Source: Takakia lepidozioides (lineage: Eukaryota; Plantae; Bryophyta). Taken from it: a stretch of 64,000 nucleotides of DNA. The stretch is taken from positions 93,992,001 to 94,056,000 of the forward strand of contig CM060731.1 in the NCBI GenBank assembly GCA_030704615.1. The letters run 5' to 3'. Of this stretch, positions 24,801 to 35,028 are shown piece after piece. The position numbers and the translations under genes are program-made. Under the pieces are notes generated by a model. That model was not told where the DNA came from and made no database searches. It was given only the letters and a program-made list of their open reading frames with translations. The stretch's first letter is position 1; each line of letters opens with the position of its first letter.

Positions 24801-24919
24801 TATATGACCGGGGTGGGCAAAACAAACGTGACACAGCCTATCACAGCCCATCACGGCGTGACACAGCCTATCACAGCCCAACGGCGTCACACAGCCTATC
24901 ACAGCCCATCACGGCGTGA
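21854..24919 (+). CDS. pol: Pol: reverse transcriptase, RNase H, integrase (no chromodomain)
   Basis: LRVCVNYKKLN, DGFSGYNQ, MPFGLCNAPATFQR, VFLDDF, CDASG, NYSTTEREAL, HKGVAGGHFG..CDEC, WGLDFVGP, SDQGSHF, GQAEATNK, WKGPY. Confidence 0.97.
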   Translation: MSLQDEVVTGWTITADEQVREVNVGTQEEPRMVKVGADLEPEFFEEAKSLFIKYRDVFAWSYEDLKGIPPEVCQHKIELEPGSVPIKQARYRMNPNYAQKVGEEIKKLAEAKFIYPIEYTTWLSPIVIVPKKNGKLRVCVNYKKLNACTKKDPFPLPFTEAVLDTVAGHEMYSFMDGFSGYNQVQVAEEDQGKTAFITDWGAYAYKVMPFGLCNAPATFQRVISESFQEYLDDFMQVFLDDFSVYSSKNEHLHKLELCLARCRMRGLGLNPEKCTFCVNSGVLLGHIVCKKGLLVDPRKTESIKASPPPVNVKSLRRFLGQTSYYRRFVKRYAQIAAPLSKLLKKDAVFAWTAECQQAFEELTLSVTTTPVLINPHWHVVFHVHCDASGEALGAVLAQNVTGNIDSPVYYASRLMNSAERNYSTTEREALAMIYAVKKFRHYLLGRKFMFYVHQALIYLVNKPLISGRIARWLIILHEFEFEVIYKPGRLHLVADHLSRLTTGEAATGVDDQLPDASLFVMEVQGSADEWLDWQWPIRYYLAHGQCPPSYGKEQRKRIAIRALPYTMVGSRMYKLGPDGVLKRCLYHHEVNKVLEEVHKGVAGGHFGEETTSRKILLAGYWWPTLFKDVHEYCQKCDECQRLGPLQRSGRMALHPTMPTEPFQKWGLDFVGPINPPSKNTQNRYIITATDYTTKWVEAKALRDNTAKSTARFLYENILTRFGCPLEFISDQGSHFMNETIELLTKEFMIVHRKSTTYYPQGNGQAEATNKILCTILAKIVNANRTDWDTKLLTALWSYRTSYKVTTKYTPFQLVYGMEALLPVEFLLPTMRTEWGKRMELQDSIKVRKHELYHVEEVRADAADNMTRIQMKRKEQFDEGKLKTFKTGDLVLWLQKKGKIQASKLKSPWKGPYVIQKMYDNNTAMLQTINKEMLGRVNANKLKGYSGIHDKPLQHDLHVEPQEQSRAAPVLRTEYGTLVARPSIYDRGGQNKRDTAYHSPSRRDTAYHSPTASHSLSQPITA

Positions 24920-25098
24920 CACAGCCTATCACAGCCCAGCACGGCGTGACACAGCCTATCACAGCCCGTCACGACGTGACACAGCCTATCACAACCTACC
25001 GCAGCGTGTCACAGCCTATCACAGCTTACCACAGTGCAACACAGCCTATCACAGCGTAACACAGTATGACACAGCCTGTCACAGCTCAACACAGCCTA
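24829..25098 (+). repeat. 30-bp tandem minisatellite (gacacagcctatcacagcccatcacggcgt)n between pol and the extra ORF
   Basis: About 9 units directly visible. Confidence 0.95.
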
Positions 25099-25569
25099 CT
25101 AAAGTTACACGATCCATAGAATCAGTGACAAGTGGACACATAAAAACTTCAGGAAAATGGCTGAAGGAAGAAGAAACGGAAATTAATTTAAAAATAGACA
25201 CGTGGAGGTCAGGGTGCGACACACAGCAGAGAATGAAGTGCAAGGACAGGTGTCAAAAAGAAAGAGGACAAGAACGGCCGTCAAAAGGGATGAAAGGCGG
25301 GCCCATTAATGAATACGGAAAAAGGGAAACAGAACGAACGGCAAGTACAGAAAAACTGAATTCATGTCGCATGTGTGATCCTAGTGGACTATCCAACAGG
25401 GAAAGTCCACTAAAGAAGATAAAAGTTAAAATCCAGTCACAGCGGATACAGCCAATAGAAAACCAGAGAAATGATCAAGAAAATGGAGGGAAATTAAGCG
25501 CAAGAGGCGGCGTCGTTCTGAGTAACGGGCGTCTCGACAGGACAGGCCATAAATGCTATAACTTGGAAA

Positions 25570-28500
25570 CTATGGAGGAACTAACAGACTATACGCTCGC
25601 AATATTACTTACGCAATGGCAGAGACACGAAACGAAAGAGCAGAGCTTTTCTCTTGAACAATGCTTGCAAGCCCCGCAGGCTTACAAGAGATTACCCATA
25701 GCTTTCTGCGGCAACCATACGTTTCTGCTTTGTGCACTACAGGCATTCCTGCAGTTGTTACAGCCAAAGCAGTTCTGTGAGTCTAAGATGAAGAGAGTGA
25801 GAGGAATGGAGGAAATCAGGGTGAAGAGCACCACAATTCTGCAGAAACAAACGATGGCTACCCCACAGGCGATAAAGATACTGAAGGAGCTGAGATTGGA
25901 AGGATTGCAAAGCATGGATTGGACACTACACCATAGACAGTACATGTTACAATTTTTGCAGAACTTTGAGCCAAAGACAGGAACAACAACGGTGAAGGGA
26001 GTTGAATTAATGATTACTCCCCTATACCTCCAGCAATTGTTTCGATTGCCAGCAGGTCATGTGTATGTGGAGGAACACAGGGAAAGACTGCAAATAGGGG
26101 ATTTATTCCAAGAAGGGAGTTTCTTTAAAACTCAGGGTTATGCTTGTACCAAAGCTGTGTACCCAGGGTTAAAAGACATAGGCCAAGTATTGAACGTTCT
26201 GATTGCCCTGAAACAGAACCAACAATATTTGAGCAGATCCTTCACAGAGGAAATCCTCAAAGGCTTGAAGGGACAAGAGGTACCATGGGCGGACATAATG
26301 TACAACGCACTGGTAGAGGAGATGAAAAGATTACAAGGTACTACCGCAAAATCTCCTATCATAGTGTCTGGCCCAATCATTGCTCAAATAATCCTTAGTT
26401 CTGGCATACTTAATGCACAAGAAAGGAAGGAAATGGGAGTGTTTGAGCCAGAAACAACTGCAATGGAAGAGCAAGGCTCTTCACACAGTGAGGGTGGACT
26501 AGCAGCACAACCCGAGACTAAGAGGCAGAGAAGGGGAAAGACTGTAGTGGCGGATCCACTGGCTTCACGGATTCCGCATGATAATGTTTCCCAAGCTCAT
26601 GACCAGGGAGGGGCACAGCAGCACAAAAGAATGTTATTACTGGAAGCAGGACCTTCAGAGAGGGAGGAAGAAGTTACTTCTGCATCACAACCAACACAGC
26701 CACTTGAACGACTTGTCACAAGGTCACAAGTTATCCATGCAGCTCAACCCGAAATAATTGATTTGGAAAGTGAAGGGATAGATATTCCAACTACAGAACA
26801 GATAGTGGCGAAATAGAGAAAGGGGACCTTCTCTATGAATATTCTGGTCTGGTCAAGCAGACAGAAATCCCAGAGGTGCAACAGTTGCCCAAGAGAAATC
26901 CTGAGGTACATATAATGCACACACCTGTGTCGGAGGTACCACAGGCGGAAGGCCATGACACTGTAGCACCGGTCATAAATGAAGTAGTTCAGGAAGAAAA
27001 TCCGGTGGGACAATGGTCTGAATGGTTAGTGAGACATCATACTGTTGAAGATCGGGAGGAACAGCAGCAACCTCACCATGATGACCCTCAACAGGCAATG
27101 CTGATGAATTCCATAGGCAGGACACTTAATTTGTTGGGGACTTATGTCAAAACCCATGTTCCAATTACCCAATTGACAGCCTTGAAAGAAGAACTCAGGA
27201 AGGAGTTTGAGGCTCGACTTGCCACTGAGTGTGCAAACAAGGTCGATGAAGAGGTCACTCTCAAGATGAAGCAGGACTTGGCCAATACAGAAATGGCTTT
27301 GCAATTGGCCAAGCAACAATTGATTGAGGCAGGCCTCGCGCAAGACCAGTTGCACGAAGCACATAAGCAACAGCTATACCAAATGCAGGTGCAGCATGAA
27401 AGCAAGTTGCAAGAACTGAATGCACTACATACGGAGTTGCAGACAGTGCATAACAGGATGGCGATACAATGCGCTACATTTACAACTATGCTTGACCAAT
27501 CAACAAAAGAAATAAACAGTCAAGCGGAAAAATGTACGAAGGCAGAAGAAGAGAATGTGGAGCACATGAAGCTCATTGTCGATATGAAGAATACAATCTG
27601 TCGCAATGAAGATACTTTCAAGCAATACAGGCAGATGGAAGCTGAGAATGAGAAATACATCGTGGAGTTGCAACAAACCATCGTGGCCAATAGAAATGAA
27701 ATCGCGGTCAGTAACAAGGCTTCGAAAGAAGCCAATAATCTACTTGCTGCCTATGCGCAATTGGTTGAGCCACAGGCGAAGCGCATGAAGGCTTTACAAC
27801 AGCAGTTGGAATTGTATAAGCTAAGAGAGGAGCAAACTCTCAGGGGAACCACAAGCAGCTTGGTGGATAACAGCCTTATGCAGGTCTGGTTAGCACAAGG
27901 GCCAGTAGAGGGCAAAAGCCCACGGAAGCTCACCCAAAGCGAGATGAATGAGCTCAGACTGCAGGTGCAGAACATTGCCACAACTACTATAGACAATGTC
28001 TATAGTAGGATAGCAGAGTTACAAGAGGATGTAGACGGACTCCAGACTCAAGTGGAAGACCTCACTTCAAACATCGACCAAAGAGTCTATATCCCTCAGG
28101 AACAGCTAATGGCTTCTTATTTGCAAGCCAGAACTCTGGCTTTTCAGTCTTCACAGGAGGTGCAGGAGATGCCAATGGTACAGGAACCAGTACCACCACC
28201 ACCACAACAGGTCAGTGTACCAGTAGCTGAACCTGTGGTTACTACAACCACACCACAGCCACCACAGCCGGAGGTATGGGGCAATGCAGCTTTTAACCCA
28301 CCTAAAACTCCAGCTGCCAGGGAGTACAGTAGGGCTATGATTATGCCCTTCAACCAAATTCCCATCATGTTGGATTTGGCTTGGAAAGAATTTAGTCCTC
28401 CGCAGTCATTCGCACATTACTACCAAATCATGCGTATTTGGCTGCCAGTGGCAACCAGGACTAAAGTTCTTCCAAACAATCGACATATTGAAGATCATCA

Positions 28501-29338
28501 CTTTGCACAATACTGGCACGAGGCAGGTACCATGTTGAGGGAATTGGTTGCTTTCCAGGTTGTACATGGACTCATTTATACCAAGACCAAGGAGATAGCA
28601 AGTATTGTCATGGGGTGCGGGCTATACTACGCTGCTTGTTTCCTGATACGTTACCACATAGAGCAACAAAAGATGCAAGCACGCTTTCAAAGTTACTCCA
28701 GTGGAGATCATTGGGTATTACCTTCGGTGCCACCTCATATGTACCTATATGACCCAAAAGTTATGATACAAAAGGATTCTCAAATTCGTTCATGGTTTCA
28801 AGCAGCCTGCAACAATTTGTCAACACAGAAATTCGGACTTGATGACATTTTCTATAAGGGACATATCGCATGGAAATACTTGCACGCGGCACCAGTAATT
28901 GGTACCCCACTCATCTGGACAGACAAGGAGCTCAGTGTCTACACCAATTTTGCTGTTCAACGGTTACACCAGGTTGTAAAATGCAAACTTCCAGACATGG
29001 TAGGACAGCATTGTATGCCCCAGATGATTCCACAAAAAGTTCGAAAATTAAAACACCTGAGAGGCGATGAGGATTCTGATACAACTGTTTCTTCACAAAA
29101 TTCTTTTGACATGGGAGAAGACTATGCAATTCAGATGGAAGAGAAGAAACAAAGGGGATCTCCTATGCCGGAAAGATTACCTCGATATCAACCTCCAGAA
29201 GGCCTCACTTATCCAGGTAGTGATCAACCATCTCCATCAACCAGAGACAGACCTCGGGCTCGTACACACAGCCCACCACGAAACTCTCAACGTCAACAAG
29301 GTGCTCACTCACAAAGGGTTGCTACTCGGAAACAGTAA
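25570..29338 (+). CDS. 3' extra ORF (about 1250 aa with one 1-nt frameshift near 26810): plant-transposon/env-like N-terminal domain, acidic linker, long coiled coil, Pro-rich linker, C-terminal globular domain
   Basis: ORFs 24687-26816 and 26876-29338 join if one G is restored (gcg[g]aaata = A-E-I), matching the paralog at about 3955 (VAEIENGDLLYE). The ORF ends just before the PPT. Confidence 0.8.
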
Positions 29339-29359
29339 ACCGTGAGGACACGGCTTTTT

Positions 29360-29373
29360 GAGGGGGGAAGGGG
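29360..29373 (+). promoter_or_regulatory. Polypurine tract
   Basis: gaggggggaagggg ends 3 nt upstream of the 3' LTR. Confidence 0.9.
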
Positions 29374-29376
29374 TAA

Positions 29377-30405
29377 TGTTAGAGGACTGTAGGGGACTTA
29401 GACACTTATACGGGATCTGTAGGGTACCCTTAATTTTTGCACAGACTGAGACAAACAGGAACCTTAGGGGTGACAGCAGCGCACTATAGAGGGAGGTTAC
29501 ATAGCCCACACAGCAGTCACAGCCCACACAGCCAACACAGCCCGTCACAACCCACACAGCCAACACAGCCCGTCACAGTCGTCACAGCCCACACAGCCGA
29601 CACAGCCGTCACAGCCCACACAGCCAACACAGCCCGTCACAGTCGTCACAGCCCACACAGCCGTCACAGTCGTCACAGCCCACACAGCCCACACAGCCCG
29701 TCACAGTCGTCACAACAGACACAGCCCACACAGCCAGTCACAGCCCGACACAGCCAAACACAGCCAGTCACCGCTTGACACAGCTGTCACGATAATAGGG
29801 AACGAAGAGTAGGACAGGGAACGACTGTGGGGAACAACACCAGTGAAGGGAACATGTTAGTTCACATACGACGGTTAGAGAGGGAAACGGTTAGAACCGC
29901 GGATAGGAGGATAAAGGGAAGAACGGGGAATAGGAAGGGGATCATTATTCGGGGAGGACTTCGGAGACAGGCGGGAGCGGAGATCGGAGAGCACGATGAA
30001 GGAGAAAAGAGGATTAGTAGATGCTTGTCATATGCAAAGCTAGAATGATATTGTAGAGCAGATTAGAGACATAATGGCTTCGGCCTGATACCTGATAAAT
30101 CATAATCTGATACTTATACGATACAATCACACTGTGTAGAGAGATATGAGTGAAGCTGTGGATTGAATGGAGGAGTTAAGGAAACCGATAAATTGATGAA
30201 GCAAACTGATACTTAATTATCAATGGTAAGGTAGCTAAGATGAATGCGGAAAAGGAAACAAATAGGAAACACCCCCATGATACACTAGCTGTAGGTCATG
30301 ACTGATTGTTCTGCGCGGGCTGAGTACTTAGAGATTTCCAACTCTTCTATCTTGGAGTTTCCGCCTCGGATAGCGAAGGGATGGGTGAGTAAAAGCCGCG
30401 CGACA
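29377..30405 (+). repeat. 3' LTR
   Basis: TGTTAGAGGACTG...GCCGCGCGACA followed by the TSD CATGG. Confidence 0.97.
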
Positions 30406-32268
30406 CATGGGTTCCCCGCCTCCATACACTTCGCGAACAGCAGCCTAGTTCGCATTTGCATTGTCGGCCATGAATCCCCGAAATTGCGGTTGCCCCTTCC
30501 CTGCTCGTAGCATCTGTTCATTGATGGATTCCCACATGATCTTCTGTGATTCTGTATCCTCACATTTCATTTCACAAATTGCGATCGTCATGAGCTTCCG
30601 AAAATTTGGATGGTACACGTGACAAGCCATTGTACTTCATCCGTGTATCCGCTTCACGTTGTCGAACATAATCCAGCTCCTTCCCAGCTCCCCCCCCAGA
30701 CACATCATGTCCACCAGATGGACTCCACAGCCCTTTCCAACAGTTGACATCTTGAATATGAAACATCTCTCATCCACACTCCTTTGGCCTGGGAAGCGGC
30801 TCCCCTACCACGAAGACAACGAACTTAAAGCTTCCTATAATTGGCACAAAAGGCGGCGCAGTCAGGTGAGGTGGTGTTTTGTTCCTTCTCACTGTCCATT
30901 GTGCAGTTGTAGTCGTGGCCGACTTCCATAGTGCAATTTTTGCACTGACTTCAAATGTCATTGTAGGTATGTACACTGTGTTGGTGCGCTGAGATGTGTC
31001 CAAGGAACGTGCCCATTCTTCCTCAGGGAGGGCAGCCACAATGAGATTCACTGGATGGGGCATTACGATGGTCAGTTTAAACCGCAAAGCCAGGTGCCCC
31101 CGAACACCTTCCTATGTTCTCACTGCACCATCCACCTACATGCATGCACACCTGTCGTGCCAAAATGTTCTACGTGATAGGACCACCAACAATGACCAGA
31201 GCAGCCGTGCATGTTGGTATTCATTCACATCCATCTGCACCTGGAGCATGCCGGGAAGCTGCTGCCAAAGCCAAATCTGCACTTGATGAAGAAATCCATA
31301 GGTCACCGTCTGCCAGGCCAAAATTGGTCCAAATGTCTGCTGCTCAGTCCATTGCCATGGAGAAGGTGTTATTGCCAGGTGCAACTGAGAGATGGAAGCT
31401 CGATGATGAGCAGTTCGAGGAGCTCATGGAGGAGGTCGGTGCCATGGGCAAATGTGGTGTTCGTTACAAAAGCACAAATGGGGCTTGGGAGTGAAGTAGA
31501 AGCTTTACTGACAATGAAAAAGTGGAGCGGGTACGACTATTTCCATGGATTGCCGTCGTACTTGCGGTCCATGCCTTCGAGCTGACCTGCTGGGGATGTG
31601 TTTGATGTCGGTGGAAGTTCATACACAACATCACCATCAACGATCCTTGGCAAGCACTTCACCTGCTTCACTTCTACTTCTTCAAAGTTTATCTTCCCCA
31701 AGTGGGATTTGGAATCAAGATGGAGAAGCTTAAGGATATCCAATATGGATGGGCCGGAGTGTCCATAAGTGGCCTTCTTGCCAACAAAGTCGGGGCGCGG
31801 CACCTTCTTGGGGGGTGAGGCAGATGCAGCCAAATTGGGTTCCACCCTTCCACTGCTGGATTTGAGAACGACACAATCCTCTGACTCCCCACTAGATAGC
31901 TCAATGCTTTCCGTTTTTAGTTGCCGGGCCTGAGGAACAGAAGCAACAGTTGTAGGTTCACGTGTCGTGGAATTCCTATCCAAAGTAGCAGGGACACCAA
32001 ACACTCTATATCGTACTTCACCTGTAAAAGGCAAAACCCACGATTTGCGGTCGTTATCTCGAATTGGATCCAAAATGCGGTATGTTGTGCCGGAACCAGC
32101 AGTGATCTCCTCCTCTTCAACAACCAAAGAGAATGGGTCGATACAAAATCTGCCCCAAATTACTTTGTCCTTTAAAAAGACATGTTGTCCCTCCGCCATC
32201 ACCTTGATGTCGTCCGTGCCAGGTGGGCAATTCACCAGCACAAAGGGATCCATGATCGCCTGCTTCAA
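30406..32268 (-). pseudogene. MULE-type transposase, N-terminal and core part (zinc-finger DNA-binding region, first two catalytic Asp); contains an inverted segment at about 30805-31548
   Basis: GMDRKYDGNPW; inverted piece CVGALRC..CPF..NEIHW..CxxC..C..HxGxHxHP; SRFPGQ..CFIFKMS..WIMFDNVKR..TMACHVY..GFMADNANAN..GGEPM, which rejoins PDRERTC at 17030 after removing the TSD. Confidence 0.85.
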
Positions 32269-32699
32269 TACTTCGCCACAATGCTATCGAACACGCGCAG
32301 GTGTGGTACAGTGGAAAAATGCACAGAGCGTGTGGACACGGACACCCCAATCCTACGAGAAGCAGCAAGCATGCATGGAATCTACACAACGGACTAACGA
32401 ACTGTACTATCAACGGTCACAAATTTTATAAAAATCTATCATCCGTTTGTGATTAATACTATTTTCCATCTGTCTCCATCCATTCGCGATTGTGGTGGCA
32501 ACGGTCGGCGCGGATTTCAAGTACACGAGCACACCCTATCGGCCACTTTCCCGCCACCATACAAATGTTTTCCATTGCATTACCTTTGCGGAAGGAGAAT
32601 AAAGTTTACGAATACAAACAGAATGTGAGGTAATACACTTAAAATGAAGACGTCTTCATTATCATATACCCTCACATCCTCCGTGACGGGTTCTATTGA

Positions 32700-33765
32700 A
32701 ACTATGGTCGGCACCAACTTCTTCCAATTCCAAATAGAGATCTTGCTAAGGCACCGGATTGGAATACCAAAAGAAATGTTGTGCTTCAAGTCGTCGACGA
32801 CTTCAAGGAAACCGTAGGATATTCACTGCAAATGATGGACAATAAGGCAGTTTCACGGGTATGAGGTCGTCGTGGTCGGAGCACACATCTGCCTCCTCTT
32901 GTCAAAGTCGGCAACGATTACACTCAGATAAGAAATAAACCCACAGTGTTGGTGGCTTATGGGGCCGCATTGGGTCATAATCGGCACCGACTTCAGTGAA
33001 GCCACGTCTCCATGCATGCATCCGCCAACGGAAGTCGGCACCGACTATCCCGTGCAATCATGAGAGCCATTGGATAATTGGGATGTACTCGTTGTGGAGG
33101 AATCGTGTATTCTTTTAATATGCCATCATTGTCGTCGTATCCATGGACCCATGTACCTTTAGTCGGCACCGACCTCCATTGAAAGCCCCTCCATCAGTTC
33201 AATTTTCCTATTGTATGACCAATTCCGTTGTTTCCTTGACCTCATATGCTTATAATCGGCACCGACCATCACTCATAGCCGTTGGTCCATTGGAATGAGC
33301 CCATAATATGCCAAATCCGAGTGTTCGAAGGTGGTCTTATGCTATTACTCGGCATATAGCTTCAATGTTGGGCTTAAGAACTTTGGGATTTGCCTATAGT
33401 ATCCCATTTACCACGTTTCAATGAGAGGATGTGCACATGTAGTCGGCACCGACCTTCACTGTTAGCCCTTCGAAAGAGATCAATTTCCATATAATTTGAT
33501 GAAGACCGCAAATTCCACGATCTCATATACTTTTAGTCGGCACCGACCTTTATTGTTGCCGTAGAAAAGAGTGCAAAACCCATTGAATATGTTAAATTCC
33601 ATGACCTCATTCGCCCAATTGCGGAAGTGGGCATTACCTTATGTGCTCGAGTCGGTACCGACCTTCAATTTCAACAGTTGGAGAGAGTGCTACGTGTTCA
33701 CCCCTTTTGAAAATCCATACGGAATCAGTCAATTACATTGACATGTAGTCGGTGACGACTACATG
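32700..33765. repeat. Array of AGTCGGCACCGAC(T/C) palindromes with roughly 95-bp periodicity and divergent spacers
   Basis: Copies at about 32706, 32905, 32979, 33033, 33160, 33255, 33440, 33535, 33650 and 33746. Confidence 0.9.
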
Positions 33766-34059
33766 TGTTTCGGTATGAAAGGAGCAATGTGTGGCATGCA
33801 AAGTTACAAAATGCATGGAAAACCGATGGGATTATCGCTATCCCATACGCACTGTCCGTGAAGGAATGACATAACATTGGTTTTTCGGAGTAATTTGAAG
33901 CCGGGATATTGTTTAAAATGAATGGAGGAGTTGGCAGGGGGATGAGAATGAGAAGCCTCTTTTCCTTCCATCGGTGGCCTCATGCAGACGTACGGGGATG
34001 ACGGGTGGATAAGTGGGACCCACTGCATCCATTATTGCAGCCCGCAGTGGCGAGTGGTT

Positions 34060-34692
34060 CTAACCATGGGGAATTTGAAAGGGCTTTGTTGTTGTCTCTA
34101 ATGTCTCATTCTCTTCGACATCAGGCTCATCCTTCCGGCCTCGTTTCCAACGATGCCTTGGTTCCGGAACCATGACGAGTGCCCTTACGGAGGCGTGGAT
34201 CATGCAATCTATACTGCCACACCGGGGGACATCGTCATTTGGCACACAGTTTGCATTGACGACAGTGGGGTCGAGCGCGAAACATTGTCTGCTTTTGAGT
34301 AATTGCGAGGGCAATATGCTTTCGAGAGGGGTGACGATCTTGGTCTGTCCAATCCGTGGCTCTTGCACATCCTTGATTCTAATTTGCCCATTTACGGCCG
34401 GCAGCCGGAGAGAATGTGCAGCGCTATGCTTTGGCGGTGGAACTGCTGCCAGTGGACGTGGGTGGAGTCCATCGGTGTCACGTATACTCCTACAAGTGTA
34501 CGGTCCTCTTCTCCATCGTATGGGGACATTCGCATTGGAATGGAGGACGAAACGCACGGGCACTCCGGCTCCACAGTTAAACTTTCCATATTTGATGGTG
34601 GTTCCATTGAACGGCACGACATTGTGGTGAAGATCAACAGGGGCCAAAGAACGGCTGCAATCCTTTTTACGTGGAGAAGCCCGATGACTCAT
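34060..34692 (-). CDS. Hypothetical 210-aa protein of unknown function
   Basis: Open frame from ATG 34692 (MSHRASPRKK...) with a TATA box (cttataaata) about 45 nt upstream. No recognisable domain. Confidence 0.3.
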   Translation of the reverse strand: MSHRASPRKKDCSRSLAPVDLHHNVVPFNGTTIKYGKFNCGAGVPVRFVLHSNANVPIRWRRGPYTCRSIRDTDGLHPRPLAAVPPPKHSAAHSLRLPAVNGQIRIKDVQEPRIGQTKIVTPLESILPSQLLKSRQCFALDPTVVNANCVPNDDVPRCGSIDCMIHASVRALVMVPEPRHRWKRGRKDEPDVEENETLETTTKPFQIPHG

Positions 34693-35028
34693 GAGCTTGT
34701 GTTTAGGCCAGTCGAAGTGCCGTTGACTTCGTAAGTTGTATTTATAAGGGAAAACGCTTTGGCAGGGTAATGCACCCTCAGTATAGTATGCGTGTTTCAT
34801 TTGAAATGCATACATATGAATAAAAACCTTATTGTGTGCGAACTTGTGTGGAATGTGCATCCTTCCTTCTCATAATGCACAACTCGCCATGGCGTTTCGG
34901 GTTGGGAGTGTCGGTGGATTACGGAAGGGGTGGGTAGGCTCTAGTGGGGGCCCATTGTACTGAGCACTGCCACCGTAGCATTTGAGTAGCACCTTTGCCA
35001 CCGTAGCACCTTTGCCACTCGCAGCAAG

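Larger units (their letters stand above)
17036..30405 (+). mobile_element. Full-length non-chromovirus Ty3/Gypsy LTR retrotransposon (13.4 kb) with a 3' extra ORF
   Basis: TG...CA LTR pair, 5-bp TSD CATGG (17031-17035 and 30406-30410), PBS, PPT and gag-PR-RT-RH-INT order. Confidence 0.97.

Noticed and set aside
24687-25569. N-terminal part of the 709-aa ORF
   Set aside because: It runs through the minisatellite and spacer and is poorly conserved in the paralog; homology starts near 25570.
32900-33765. CRISPR array call
   Set aside because: Eukaryotic context, no cas genes, repeats too short and spacers too long; kept only as a repeat finding.
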